Source: Pseudomonadota bacterium | GTDB taxonomy: Bacteria; Pseudomonadota; Alphaproteobacteria; Acetobacterales; Acetobacteraceae | Assembly (NCBI GenBank): GCA_021805665.1 | Contig: JAJZEV010000006.1 | Location: forward strand, 6-64,005 | DNA: 64,000 nucleotides | Direction: 5' to 3' | In this document: one piece after another, positions 19,396 through 28,485 of the stretch | How the letters are laid out: every line of letters starts with the position of its first letter | How positions within the stretch are numbered: position 1 is the stretch's first letter | Made by a program: the position numbers and the translations under genes | Notes under the pieces: model-generated | What the model saw: the letters and a program-made list of their open reading frames with translations, nothing else | The model's database searches: none | What the model was told of the DNA's origin: nothing

Positions 19396-20178
19396 ATGGC
19401 CGACCTGATCGAAACCGTCGAGGACGGGATCGCCACGCTAACCCTTAATCGTCCCGAGAACCTGAACGCCTTATCTGACGATATCCGTCTCGGCATGCTC
19501 GACTCGCTCTATCGGCTAGGTCACGACAACGCCATCGGCTGTATCGTCCTGACCGGCGCCGGCCGGGGCTTCTGCGCCGGCGGCGATGTCAAGACCATGG
19601 CCGGACGATCAGCGCGTGGGTTTGAGGAGCGGGCCGCAGGCATCCAGCAATCCAACCGCGTATCGAAAATGATGCACGACATCCCCAAACCGATCATCGG
19701 CATGATCAACGGCGTCGCCGTCGGGGCGGGCCTTAGCATGGCCGCCGCCTGCGACATCCGCATCGCCGCGAAGTCTGCCCGTTTTGGCACCGGTTTCATC
19801 AAGATCGGCCTGTCCGGCGATTGGGGCGGCACCTGGACCCTGACGCGCCTGATCGGCACCGCCAAGGCCCGCGAGTTGTTCTTCACCGGCGACATGATCG
19901 ACGCCGAGGAAGCCGCCCGCATCGGCTTGGTCAATCAAGTCGTCGATGACGCTGCTCTGTACGACGCCACCATGACGATGGCGCGCCGGATCGCCTCCAT
20001 GCCACATATCGCGCTGGGTTACACCAAAAGGAACCTCGCCGCCGCCGAAACCGGCGATTTCGCGACCTCATTGGACATGGAGGCCTTCAATCAGGCCCGC
20101 TGCTCGCAGATGGAAGATCACCGCGAAGCCGTCCAGGCGTTCAAGGAAAAGCGCAAACCCGTATTTACCGGACGCTGA
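19396..20178 (+). CDS. Enoyl-CoA hydratase/isomerase family protein
   Basis: TLNRPENLNAL, FCAGGDV, INGVAVGAG, KARELFFTGD. Confidence 0.92.
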   Translation: MADLIETVEDGIATLTLNRPENLNALSDDIRLGMLDSLYRLGHDNAIGCIVLTGAGRGFCAGGDVKTMAGRSARGFEERAAGIQQSNRVSKMMHDIPKPIIGMINGVAVGAGLSMAAACDIRIAAKSARFGTGFIKIGLSGDWGGTWTLTRLIGTAKARELFFTGDMIDAEEAARIGLVNQVVDDAALYDATMTMARRIASMPHIALGYTKRNLAAAETGDFATSLDMEAFNQARCSQMEDHREAVQAFKEKRKPVFTGR

Positions 20179-20181
20179 TCG

Positions 20182-21231
20182 ATGCGGGTTCTGAATACAC
20201 TGCCGCAAGCCGATCTGCGCACCACCGCCGCCGCGGCCATCGCGTCTGAAGCCGCCGGCTACGACGGCCTGCTGACCATGGAAAACAAGCACGACCCGTT
20301 CCTGGCCCATGCCATCGCCGCGGTAAACACCGATCGGGTGGAACTCGGCACGTCCGTCGCCATCGCCTTCCCGCGCAGCCCGATGGTCGTCGCTAACCTC
20401 AGCTGGGACCTGCAAAACGCCTCACGCGGTCGTTTCGTGCTGGGTATCGGCCCGCAAATCCGTCCGCACAACGAAAAGCGCTTCAGCGTGCCCTGGACCG
20501 CGCCCGCCCCCCGGCTGCGGGAATACGTTCAGGCCCTGCGCGCCATCTGGACGACGTGGGAGAAGGGGACGAAGCTGGACTTCCGGGGCCAGCACTACAC
20601 CTTCACCCTGATGCCGCCCTATTTCGTTCCGCCGTCCACCGGTCAGAAAATGGTACCGGTCACCCTGGCGGCGGTGGGGGAGCATTCCCTGCGTCTGGCC
20701 GGCGAAGTCGGCGACGGCATCCGTCTGCATGGCTTCTGCACCCGCCGCTATATCGAGGAAGCAATCATCCCCCGCGTCCAGGAAGGCATGGCCCGCACCG
20801 GACGCACCCGCGAACACTTCGAAATAACCGGCGGCGGTTTCGTCGCTACCGGCAAAGACGCGGAAGACACAGCCAAGGCGTTCGAGATCGTGCGCGGCCG
20901 TGTCGCGTTCTACGGCTCCACCCCCGGCTACTGGCCGGTGCTGGATCTGCACGGTTACGGCGATCTGGGCCGCGAACTCAACACGATGTCGAAAGCCGGC
21001 AAGTGGAACGAAATGGCCAGTCGGATATCGGACGACCTGGTACACCTGTTCGCCGCCGTCGGCACCCACAAGGAAATAGCCGGCAAGATAGCCGAACGCT
21101 TCGGCGGCCTGAGCGACGCGATCAATTTACGCGCTGATTCCTCCTCGGCCGGCGGCGACACCCCGCCGGATGTAATCCAGGAGATCAAACGTATCCCGAC
21201 GCCCTTCCAGGGCTATAAGACAGACTGGTAG
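20182..21231 (+). CDS. LLM-class oxidoreductase, putative F420-dependent (MSMEG_2256/TIGR03617-like)
   Basis: ENKHDPFL, GTSVAIAFPRSPM, GRFVLGIGPQIRPHNEKRFS, HGFCT, FYGSTPGY. Confidence 0.85.
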   Translation: MRVLNTLPQADLRTTAAAAIASEAAGYDGLLTMENKHDPFLAHAIAAVNTDRVELGTSVAIAFPRSPMVVANLSWDLQNASRGRFVLGIGPQIRPHNEKRFSVPWTAPAPRLREYVQALRAIWTTWEKGTKLDFRGQHYTFTLMPPYFVPPSTGQKMVPVTLAAVGEHSLRLAGEVGDGIRLHGFCTRRYIEEAIIPRVQEGMARTGRTREHFEITGGGFVATGKDAEDTAKAFEIVRGRVAFYGSTPGYWPVLDLHGYGDLGRELNTMSKAGKWNEMASRISDDLVHLFAAVGTHKEIAGKIAERFGGLSDAINLRADSSSAGGDTPPDVIQEIKRIPTPFQGYKTDW

Positions 21232-21246
21232 GAAGGAGTACGCGGC

Positions 21247-22020
21247 GTGCTTGATCGGGTTATGCTGACCAACGACGATGGAATCGATGCGCCCGGCATG
21301 GCGGTGATGGAGGAAATCGCCGCCCAAATTTCTCGCGAGGTCTGGGTCGTCGCACCCGAACACGACCAAAGTGGCCAGTCCCACGCCATCAGCCTGCATC
21401 ACGCGCTGCGCGTTTCCGAACGCGGGCCGCGCCGCTTCGGTATTACCGGCACGCCCGGCGACTGCGCCGCGATGGGCCTGTGCCACATCATGAAGGATGC
21501 ACCCCCGCAACTGGTGCTGTCGGGCGTCAACCGGGGCCTGAATCTGGGCATGGAGACAGTGTTCTCCGGCACCGTCGGCGGCGCGATGACCGCGATGATG
21601 CTGGGCGTCCCCGCGCTGGCGTTGAGCCAGGCGTTCAAGGACCGCAACAACGTCCCTTGGGACACCGCCCGCACGTTGGGCGCCGAAACGATCCGCAAGC
21701 TGCTGTCTGTTGGCTGGGGCAAAAACGCCGTTCTGAACATCAACTTCCCCCCTGTCCCCGCTGCCGAGGCCGGCCCGCCGACCCTGGCCCGCCAGGGCGA
21801 GGGCGCCGTCGCCGGCATGCATGTGGACACCAGGACAGACCCGCGTGGCATGTCGTACCACTGGCTGAACTTCAAACGCGGTGACATCCAGCAGGGCCCC
21901 GAAAGCGACTACAGCGCCATGCGCGCCGGAAAGATCGTCATTACGCCGCTCCGTTACGATCGCACCGACGACGAAGCGTACGCCGAACTCGCCGGTCACC
22001 TGCCAAGGTTCGGTGCCTGA
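21247..22020 (+). CDS. surE: 5'/3'-nucleotidase SurE
   Basis: LTNDDGIDAPG, QSGQSH, GTPGDC, SGVNRGLNLG, FSGTVGGA, NINFP. Confidence 0.93.
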   Translation: MLDRVMLTNDDGIDAPGMAVMEEIAAQISREVWVVAPEHDQSGQSHAISLHHALRVSERGPRRFGITGTPGDCAAMGLCHIMKDAPPQLVLSGVNRGLNLGMETVFSGTVGGAMTAMMLGVPALALSQAFKDRNNVPWDTARTLGAETIRKLLSVGWGKNAVLNINFPPVPAAEAGPPTLARQGEGAVAGMHVDTRTDPRGMSYHWLNFKRGDIQQGPESDYSAMRAGKIVITPLRYDRTDDEAYAELAGHLPRFGA

Positions 22021-22022
22021 CG

Positions 22023-22053
22023 GCTTCCACCGCGGTCAGGCGATGGTGGAAGC
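22023..22053. terminator. Hairpin between convergent genes
   Basis: gcttccacc / ggtggaagc 9-bp stem. Confidence 0.45.
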
Positions 22054-22062
22054 GCGCGCTTC

Positions 22063-22611
22063 CTAAATCGCCTTACCCTCGCTCCCCAACCAGGCATCCC
22101 CCAGCAATTCGTTGCTCGGCAGGCTCTTATCCATCACCTTCCGGGCGGTCTCCGCCCCGGCCACCGGCAACCCGGCGGGATCGAGTACCCCGATCTGTAC
22201 CAGCACCGAAGCCTGATCCCAGTAAATGTGCTCATGCACCAGCTTGTCCCCGTGGAAGCGCACGATCGCCACCATCGGCACCTCCACCACCCGTCCGGTG
22301 GGCGCGATCCCCGGAATCATCCAATCCACCGCCGAGGTATGGGTGAACCGAAACACAAACTCATCGACAAGGGACGCCTCGCCCACCGTCCGGCTGACCG
22401 GGACCATCGTCACATCGGGCGGATTTTTGCCGATAAAATGATATTTATAGAACCGCTTGAGCTGGTCGTGCCCAACCCCGCCCGCCATCGTCGGGATATG
22501 GTTCACGTATGGCGTATCCACCATCGTCGCCATGGTCGCATCCACATCCCGAGTCTCGAATTCGTAACGGCAGTGCGCTTCCCACAACGACACCAGATCA
22601 GGCTTCGACAT
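22063..22611 (-). CDS. SnoaL-like/NTF2-fold protein (ester cyclase family)
   Basis: WEAHC..EF..RDVDATM, PYVNHIPTMAGG, VDEFVFRFTH, EHIYWDQASVL. Confidence 0.85.
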   Translation of the reverse strand: MSKPDLVSLWEAHCRYEFETRDVDATMATMVDTPYVNHIPTMAGGVGHDQLKRFYKYHFIGKNPPDVTMVPVSRTVGEASLVDEFVFRFTHTSAVDWMIPGIAPTGRVVEVPMVAIVRFHGDKLVHEHIYWDQASVLVQIGVLDPAGLPVAGAETARKVMDKSLPSNELLGDAWLGSEGKAI

Positions 22612-22624
22612 CGATACCCCCATT

Positions 22625-23386
22625 CTAACCGGACTGCCCTCCCGTCACGTCGATTGTCAATCCCGTAACGAAATCCGCATCGCCGGACGCCAGAAAACAA
22701 ATCACCTTAGCCTGATCCGAAGCCTCTGCCACCCGCCGCAACGGTGTCGCTTCGACTTGTGCCGTCTGGGCCTCCGGCGACCGCTGGTTCCAGTGCGGCC
22801 GTATCCGTTCCGTCAGCGTCAGACTCGGTGCGATCGCATTGATGTTGATCCCGAACGGCCCAAGTTCGAACGACAGCTTCCGGGTCAGCGCGATGATCCC
22901 GCCCTTCGCCGCCGCATACGCAGCACCGCTGGCCACACTCATGCCCCGCCCGGCGATCGAGGCAAGATTGACGATCTTCCCCGCCTTCTGCCGCTTCATC
23001 GCCGGCACCACGGCGTGGGTGAACAGAAACGTCCCATCCAGGTTGAACTTGATCACCCGCTGCCAGTCGTCCAGCGAGTGTTCCTCCACCAATGCCGAGG
23101 GCTTTGCGATGATGGTGCTGCCGCCAACCGCGTTCACCAGGATGTCGATCCGGCCGAATGTCTCGACGACATCCGCGACGACCGCATCCACCTGCGCCTG
23201 GTCCAGCGCATCGCACAGCCGCCCGTGCGCATTCCCGCCAAGTGCCGCGGTCGCCGCATCCAGCCGCTCCGGATGGTTATCGACGCAGACCACCACGGCT
23301 CCCTCGCGCGCCATGATCTCCGCCGTCGCCCGCCCGATCCCGTTCGCCGCCGCCGTGATCAGTGCGACCTTGCCGTTGAATCGCAT
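22625..23386 (-). CDS. Short-chain dehydrogenase/reductase
   Basis: Start MRFNGK (23386); TAAANGIG, LVNAVGG, YAAAK, NAIAPS. Confidence 0.92.
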   Translation of the reverse strand: MRFNGKVALITAAANGIGRATAEIMAREGAVVVCVDNHPERLDAATAALGGNAHGRLCDALDQAQVDAVVADVVETFGRIDILVNAVGGSTIIAKPSALVEEHSLDDWQRVIKFNLDGTFLFTHAVVPAMKRQKAGKIVNLASIAGRGMSVASGAAYAAAKGGIIALTRKLSFELGPFGININAIAPSLTLTERIRPHWNQRSPEAQTAQVEATPLRRVAEASDQAKVICFLASGDADFVTGLTIDVTGGQSG

Positions 23387-23400
23387 TTTCTGTCCCCCGT

Positions 23401-24438
23401 TCAGTTTAGCCGAGCAGCCCGGGCCATGACTTCTATCGCTTCCGGCTGACGCGACCGAACCGTCACGCTGGTGGCGCCAGATTCCTCCCAGGCCCGGAAT
23501 CGCTGCTGTATCCGCGCTGCTGGCCCGACCAGGGATTTCATATCCACCCAATCGTCCGGCACTGCCGCGATCGCTTCCTCCTTGCGATGCGCCAGATACA
23601 GTTCCTGGATCCGGTCCGCCGCTTCCCCGAATCCACGCCGGATCATCTGTTCCTTGTGAAAATTTTTATCCTTGTGGCCCATCCCGCCCACATACAACGC
23701 AACCTCGGGCTTCAAGCGCGCCAGTGCGGCCTTCACGTCTTCGGCGACCTCGACATGGATCGATGCCTGGACTTCGAAATCTTTCAGGCTCTTGCCATTC
23801 CCCGCCCGCCTGAAGCCCTCTTCCAGCCACGGGCCGTACTCCTCCATGCAGCCCGGCACGAACCCCATCGGCAGCCAGCCATCGGCGATTTCCGCTGTCA
23901 GTTTCACCGTCGATTCGCTGCCGGTCGCCAGATAGATCGGAATATCGGGATTCATGTGCAGGATGGACTTCAAGGGCTTGCCCACGCCCGCCGCGCCCTC
24001 GCCGGTATAAGGCAGGGCGATCTCCCGCCCATCATGGGTCAGTCCGTCCTCGCGCCGGAATATCTTGCGCATGATCGCAACGTAGTCCTTCAGCCGGTAA
24101 TATGGCCGTCCCCACGGTTGTCCATACCAGCCCTCCACTATCTGAGGCCCGGACACTCCAAGCCCGGCGATGAATCGTCCGCCGCCGGCCAACGCATCCA
24201 CCGTGCCAGCGCACATCGCCGCATTGGCCGGTGTGCGTGCTGCTAACTGCATAATGCCAGTACCCAGCCTGATCTTCTTCGTCACGGCGGCCAGGAAGGC
24301 CAGCGGCGTCACCGCGTCCGACCCGTAGGCCTCCGCGCTCCAGACCGAGTCGTATCCCAGTTCCTCGGCCCGCTGCACCAGCGCCACCGGCAACTCCATG
24401 TGCGCCTTCGAATATCCGATCGATAGTCCCAGTTTCAT
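23401..24438 (-). CDS. LLM-class oxidoreductase, putative F420-dependent (Rv3520c-like)
   Basis: WSAEAYGSDA, LGTGIMQL.ARTPA, GLGVSGPQIVEGWYG, ALYVGGMG..DKNFH. Confidence 0.87.
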   Translation of the reverse strand: MKLGLSIGYSKAHMELPVALVQRAEELGYDSVWSAEAYGSDAVTPLAFLAAVTKKIRLGTGIMQLAARTPANAAMCAGTVDALAGGGRFIAGLGVSGPQIVEGWYGQPWGRPYYRLKDYVAIMRKIFRREDGLTHDGREIALPYTGEGAAGVGKPLKSILHMNPDIPIYLATGSESTVKLTAEIADGWLPMGFVPGCMEEYGPWLEEGFRRAGNGKSLKDFEVQASIHVEVAEDVKAALARLKPEVALYVGGMGHKDKNFHKEQMIRRGFGEAADRIQELYLAHRKEEAIAAVPDDWVDMKSLVGPAARIQQRFRAWEESGATSVTVRSRQPEAIEVMARAARLN

Positions 24439-24671
24439 GACAAAGCTCCATGCGGCATCGGTGACCTTGTCCGGTCCCCCGGCTTCTTCTGTGGTTCCAG
24501 GGCTTCCGGAAAGTCCGGCAAACCACCGAGGCTCGGGTACAGGTGGATTTCAGCCCGAAACGCATCGTCCATCCGCCGGCTGATATCCACTCCCGGAATC
24601 TTCGTGCCCGGCACGCTAGGGATTCCAGGGGCCTGCAAGCTGCGGCGTTGGCTCGTCTGAGTCCCCGCCAT
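24435..24671 (-). CDS. Hypothetical 78-aa protein translationally coupled to the LLM gene
   Basis: AGGAG RBS 8 nt upstream of ATG 24671; its TGA overlaps the LLM ATG (ATGA). Confidence 0.5.
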   Translation of the reverse strand: MAGTQTSQRRSLQAPGIPSVPGTKIPGVDISRRMDDAFRAEIHLYPSLGGLPDFPEALEPQKKPGDRTRSPMPHGALS

Positions 24672-24999
24672 GGCGGCCCCTCCTGTTATTTTAGGGGATG
24701 ATTGCGCGAAACCGCCCCGCTGCAAAGAGTGCATGTCCCTACGCCCCCCCCCGCGGCCAGCCAGACTTCCGGCGAGGAAGAACGCGGATACTCGCCCGGG
24801 AACCGATGCCCCTCCTCCTGCATGCGCGCGCGCTCCGCTGTTCCCGGGAAGGATTGACCCCCAAGGAACGGTGGTACTGCCCGGGCCTGCCCGGCGATAG
24901 GAGCAGGCCAGAAAGCGGTCTCGGTGCCCCCGGCACAGGTTCCCCCGGACGAAAATGGGATTAAGGTGGAATGGACGTTCAAGAAGGCGGAGGAAACCC

Positions 25000-26052
25000 A
25001 TGCAAGGTGTCGTATTTACTGGTGAGCGCGAACTGGAACTGATGGCGTTCCCGGACCCGACTCCGGGGCCGGGCGAGGTTGTGCTGGAGATGAGAGCTTC
25101 TGGGATGTGTGGGTCGGACCTGCATCAATACCGCCGGCCGCGCGGCGAGGCCCGGGCCGGCACCGGACTGCCGGCAAATCCCAACCCGACCATCGGCGGG
25201 CATGAACCGTGCGGCGTGGTGGTGGCGATCGGGCCGGACGTATTGCCGGCCGAGGCACATATCGGCCAGCGGGTGATGGTCCATCACTATCAGGGCTGCA
25301 CGCAGTGCGGCCATTGCAAATCCGGCTGGCAGCAGCTTTGCCAGGAAGTGCCGGTGAAGGTGTACGGTAACAACGCTCACGGCGGGCACGCGAAGTTCAT
25401 GGCGGTCCCGGCGAACACGCTGGTGACGCTGCGCGACGAACTGTCGTTCTCGGCCGGCGCGGCAATCGCTTGCGGGTCAGGCACGGCATACGGGGCCCTG
25501 CGGCGCATGAACATCTCCGGCCGCGATACCATCGCGATCTTCGGTCAGGGGCCCGTTGGACTGGCGGCGACGCAGTTCGCCAAGGCGATGGGTGCGAAGG
25601 TCATCGCGCTCGACATCAACGCGCAACGTCTGGACCGCGCGAGGGAATTCGGGGCTGATGAGGTGGTTAATCCAGGGTCGAACGATCCGGTCGGGGCGAT
25701 CAAGGAGCTGACACACGGCAAGTATGCCGACCTGACGCTGGATACGTCGTCCAATGCCGGCGCGCGGCTGCAAGCGATTCAGTCCACCAAGGTGTGGGGT
25801 ACGATGTGCTTCGTGGGCGAGGGCGGCGACGTCCATATCGACGTCAGCCCGAACCTGCTGCGGCGGCAAATGACGCTGGTGGCGTCCTGGACATTCTCCA
25901 ACATCATCCAGGCGGAGTGCGCGGATTTCTGCGTGGATCGGAAAGTGGATGTGGACAAACTGTTCACCCACCACTGGACGCTGGATCAGGCGGATCAGGC
26001 TTACAAGCTGTTCGACAAGCAGTCGGACGGCAAAGGTGTGTTCCTGATCTGA
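25000..26052 (+). CDS. Zinc-binding alcohol/polyol dehydrogenase (MDR)
   Basis: GMCGSDLH, GHEPCG, structural Zn C..C..C....C, GQGPVG; GGAGG RBS. Confidence 0.92.
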   Translation: MQGVVFTGERELELMAFPDPTPGPGEVVLEMRASGMCGSDLHQYRRPRGEARAGTGLPANPNPTIGGHEPCGVVVAIGPDVLPAEAHIGQRVMVHHYQGCTQCGHCKSGWQQLCQEVPVKVYGNNAHGGHAKFMAVPANTLVTLRDELSFSAGAAIACGSGTAYGALRRMNISGRDTIAIFGQGPVGLAATQFAKAMGAKVIALDINAQRLDRAREFGADEVVNPGSNDPVGAIKELTHGKYADLTLDTSSNAGARLQAIQSTKVWGTMCFVGEGGDVHIDVSPNLLRRQMTLVASWTFSNIIQAECADFCVDRKVDVDKLFTHHWTLDQADQAYKLFDKQSDGKGVFLI

Positions 26053-26666
26053 TGCGGGACGATGTTGCCTGGCTGTACCGGTCTCTGTCCGATCGCGGAC
26101 TAATTGTCGGCAGTTCGGGCAACGTGAGCGGCCGGATGCCGGACGGGATGACAATCACCCCGTCCGGCTGCGATCCAGCGGGCGATTTCGCGCTGGTGGA
26201 CGTTTCGATGGGCGGTGCTGTGGCCGGCGGGGGCACCCCATCCAGCGAATGGGCGCTGCACGCCGCGGTTTACCGGGAATGTCCGGACGCGATGTTCGTT
26301 GTTCATACGCATGCGGATGCTTCCACCGCTCTCGCCTGCCTGGGGTCCGGACTACCACCGTTTCATTACATGGTCGTTCAATTCGGCGGCACCGATGTCC
26401 GGTGTGCGCCTTATGTTACGTTTGGAACCCTCGCGCTGGCAGAGGCCGCCGCTGAGGCAATCCGCGGCCGTTCGGCCTGCCTGCTCGGGAATCATGGAAT
26501 GATCGTTTGTGCGGCATCGGCCCCGGCCGCACTATCCCGAGCGGTGTTGCTGGAGACGTTGTGCCGGCAGTATTTGATGGCGCTGGCGGCGGGAACGCCC
26601 GCGCTGTTGACCTTGGAGGATTTGGCGGCGGCGCGGGAGCGGTTCCGGACTTATCGGTCCCAGTGA
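26052..26666 (+). CDS. Class II aldolase/adducin family protein (FucA/Ald2-like)
   Basis: TGATG overlap with the ADH gene; SGNVS, ITPSG, PSSEW, HTH, FHYMV, CAPYVTFGT, NHG. Confidence 0.88.
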   Translation: MRDDVAWLYRSLSDRGLIVGSSGNVSGRMPDGMTITPSGCDPAGDFALVDVSMGGAVAGGGTPSSEWALHAAVYRECPDAMFVVHTHADASTALACLGSGLPPFHYMVVQFGGTDVRCAPYVTFGTLALAEAAAEAIRGRSACLLGNHGMIVCAASAPAALSRAVLLETLCRQYLMALAAGTPALLTLEDLAAARERFRTYRSQ

Positions 26667-26741
26667 GATCCGGTGATTCGGACAGGTAATCAAACACGGA
26701 ACCCCCCGGGTCCCTCGCTCCGGGTTGGACATTGCCCAAAT

Positions 26742-27020
26742 GGGACAGACACGTAGCGAGCCAAATATGAGGCCGCAACCGTCTCGGTCAAACCGCGCGG
26801 GGCCCGCCGTCGCAAGGAAGATCGGCGCACAATCGACGCAAGCATCTGGCGGCTCGACAATGGTGCCAAATGGCGGTCGGTCCCAGCCGGCTTAGGCACT
26901 GACACCACGCGTACTGTCGGTGTCGCCGTTCGGCCGTCAGCGACGTATGGGACAAAATCATGGCCGGGGTCGTAACTGAAAGCGAACCAAAGCCACCATT
27001 CGCGTCCATCGATGGCGCCG
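26742..27020 (+). mobile_element. Decayed IS5-family (IS427-like) transposase remnant
   Basis: Reads ...DT*RAKYEAA..VKPRGARRRKEDRRTIDASIWRLDNGAKWRSVPAGLG, then after a frameshift *HHAYCRCRRSAVSDVWDKIMAGVVTESEPKPPFASIDG; matches the DUF4096 N-terminus and first catalytic IDG of IS5 transposases. Confidence 0.75.
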
Positions 27021-27285
27021 CCGCGGCGACGGCGCGAGATGCCGGTCGTCCAGCCCCGTAACCCCCGCCTCGCGATACCGGCCCGGCCGCTCCGCGCGGC
27101 CGGGAACGTCCGTGAAACGCATCGGGCGTGTCCCTCGTGAACGTGTGCCTGGCCCGGGACGCCCTCCGGTTCCGGAGGCTCGCATGACCGGACAGTTCAC
27201 GAGCTAACCACGCTCCATCGCCGACATGCTTGCACCCGTCCGTCCGCGCGCCTACCCTGATTGAAACGAATACGGGAGACGTTCG

Positions 27286-28443
27286 ATGAATCTGCGCGCC
27301 GCACTGCCGGTGTTCTGCGGCCTTCTTGCCGCCACCCCGGCCCTGGCCAGTATCCACGACATCCTGATCGGGCTGGACGAAAAGATCACCTACGACGCCA
27401 ACGGCCCGGTCAACGGCCCCCCCGGCAAGGATGCCGTGCTGATCATGGACATCTCCAACCCGGCCAAGCCCAAAATTCGCGCTTCGCTGCCGTTGATGAA
27501 CTCCCTCCTCGGACCGCCCGCCAACCTCCAGATCACCCCCGACGGCAAGCTTGGTTTGGTCGCTAATTCCGTGGTCATGAACCAGGACGGGGACGCATGG
27601 AAAATCGCGCCGGACAATAAACTGTTTGTTATCGATATGAATGCCAATCCGCCGAAACTCAGCGATACAGTAACGGTCGGCAGCCAGCCGTCGGGCATGG
27701 CGATCTCGCATAACGGCGACCTCGCGCTGGTGGCAAACCGGGCGGGCAAAAGCGTCACCGTGCTCTCCATCCAGAACGGCTCCGTGAAGTCGCTGGGCGA
27801 CATCCCGCTGGAGCAGGAAGCCGCCGCCGTCGCCATTACCCCGGACGGCAAGCGCGCCTTCGTCTGCCTGAATGTCGCGAACAAGATCGCCGTCCTGGCC
27901 ATCGACGGCCAGAAAGTCACCTACGACAAGGCGCTGGATATCCCTTCGGCGCTGAACCCCTACAACATCGACGTCACGCCGGACGGTCATTACGTCATCG
28001 CCTCCAACACCGGCGCGATGAAAAACAACGCGGATGCCGAGGTGATTATCGAGGCGACCGGCCCGCACCCCCACGTCATCGACATCATGACCCCCGGCAA
28101 CGGTCCCGAAGGCTTCGCCATCGCCCCCAACGGCAAGACCGCCGCCGCGCCGTTGCTCCTGGGCTCTGGCGCCAAGGACAGCGACTGGTTCAAGACCAGG
28201 AGCGGCGAACTGGTGGTCATGTCCATCGAACCGGGCGGCAGGATGACCGTCACCGGCAAAGCGAAACTCGGGGGGCTGCCGGAAGGCATCGCCTACAGCC
28301 CGAACAGCGATTATCTATACGTCGGTAACTACCTGGATAAGACCCTGCAGGTCTTCCGTCTGGTCGGCGGCAAGCCGGTTCAGGTCGGACCGAATATAGC
28401 ACTGCCCGGCCAGCCCGCATCCATGCGTGGGCCGGCGCGCTGA
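27286..28443 (+). CDS. Secreted YncE/lactonase-like 7-bladed beta-propeller protein
   Basis: Signal peptide ending PALA; repeated ITPDG/ISHNG/VTPDG/IAPNG/YSPNS blade motifs. Confidence 0.82.
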   Translation: MNLRAALPVFCGLLAATPALASIHDILIGLDEKITYDANGPVNGPPGKDAVLIMDISNPAKPKIRASLPLMNSLLGPPANLQITPDGKLGLVANSVVMNQDGDAWKIAPDNKLFVIDMNANPPKLSDTVTVGSQPSGMAISHNGDLALVANRAGKSVTVLSIQNGSVKSLGDIPLEQEAAAVAITPDGKRAFVCLNVANKIAVLAIDGQKVTYDKALDIPSALNPYNIDVTPDGHYVIASNTGAMKNNADAEVIIEATGPHPHVIDIMTPGNGPEGFAIAPNGKTAAAPLLLGSGAKDSDWFKTRSGELVVMSIEPGGRMTVTGKAKLGGLPEGIAYSPNSDYLYVGNYLDKTLQVFRLVGGKPVQVGPNIALPGQPASMRGPAR

Positions 28444-28450
28444 TCGCCCC

Positions 28451-28476
28451 GGCGGCCGGGGACCCGCCCGGCCGCC
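28451..28476. terminator. Hairpin between convergent genes
   Basis: ggcggccggg / cccggccgcc perfect 10-bp stem, 6-nt loop. Confidence 0.5.
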
Positions 28477-28485
28477 AGCCAGCCG

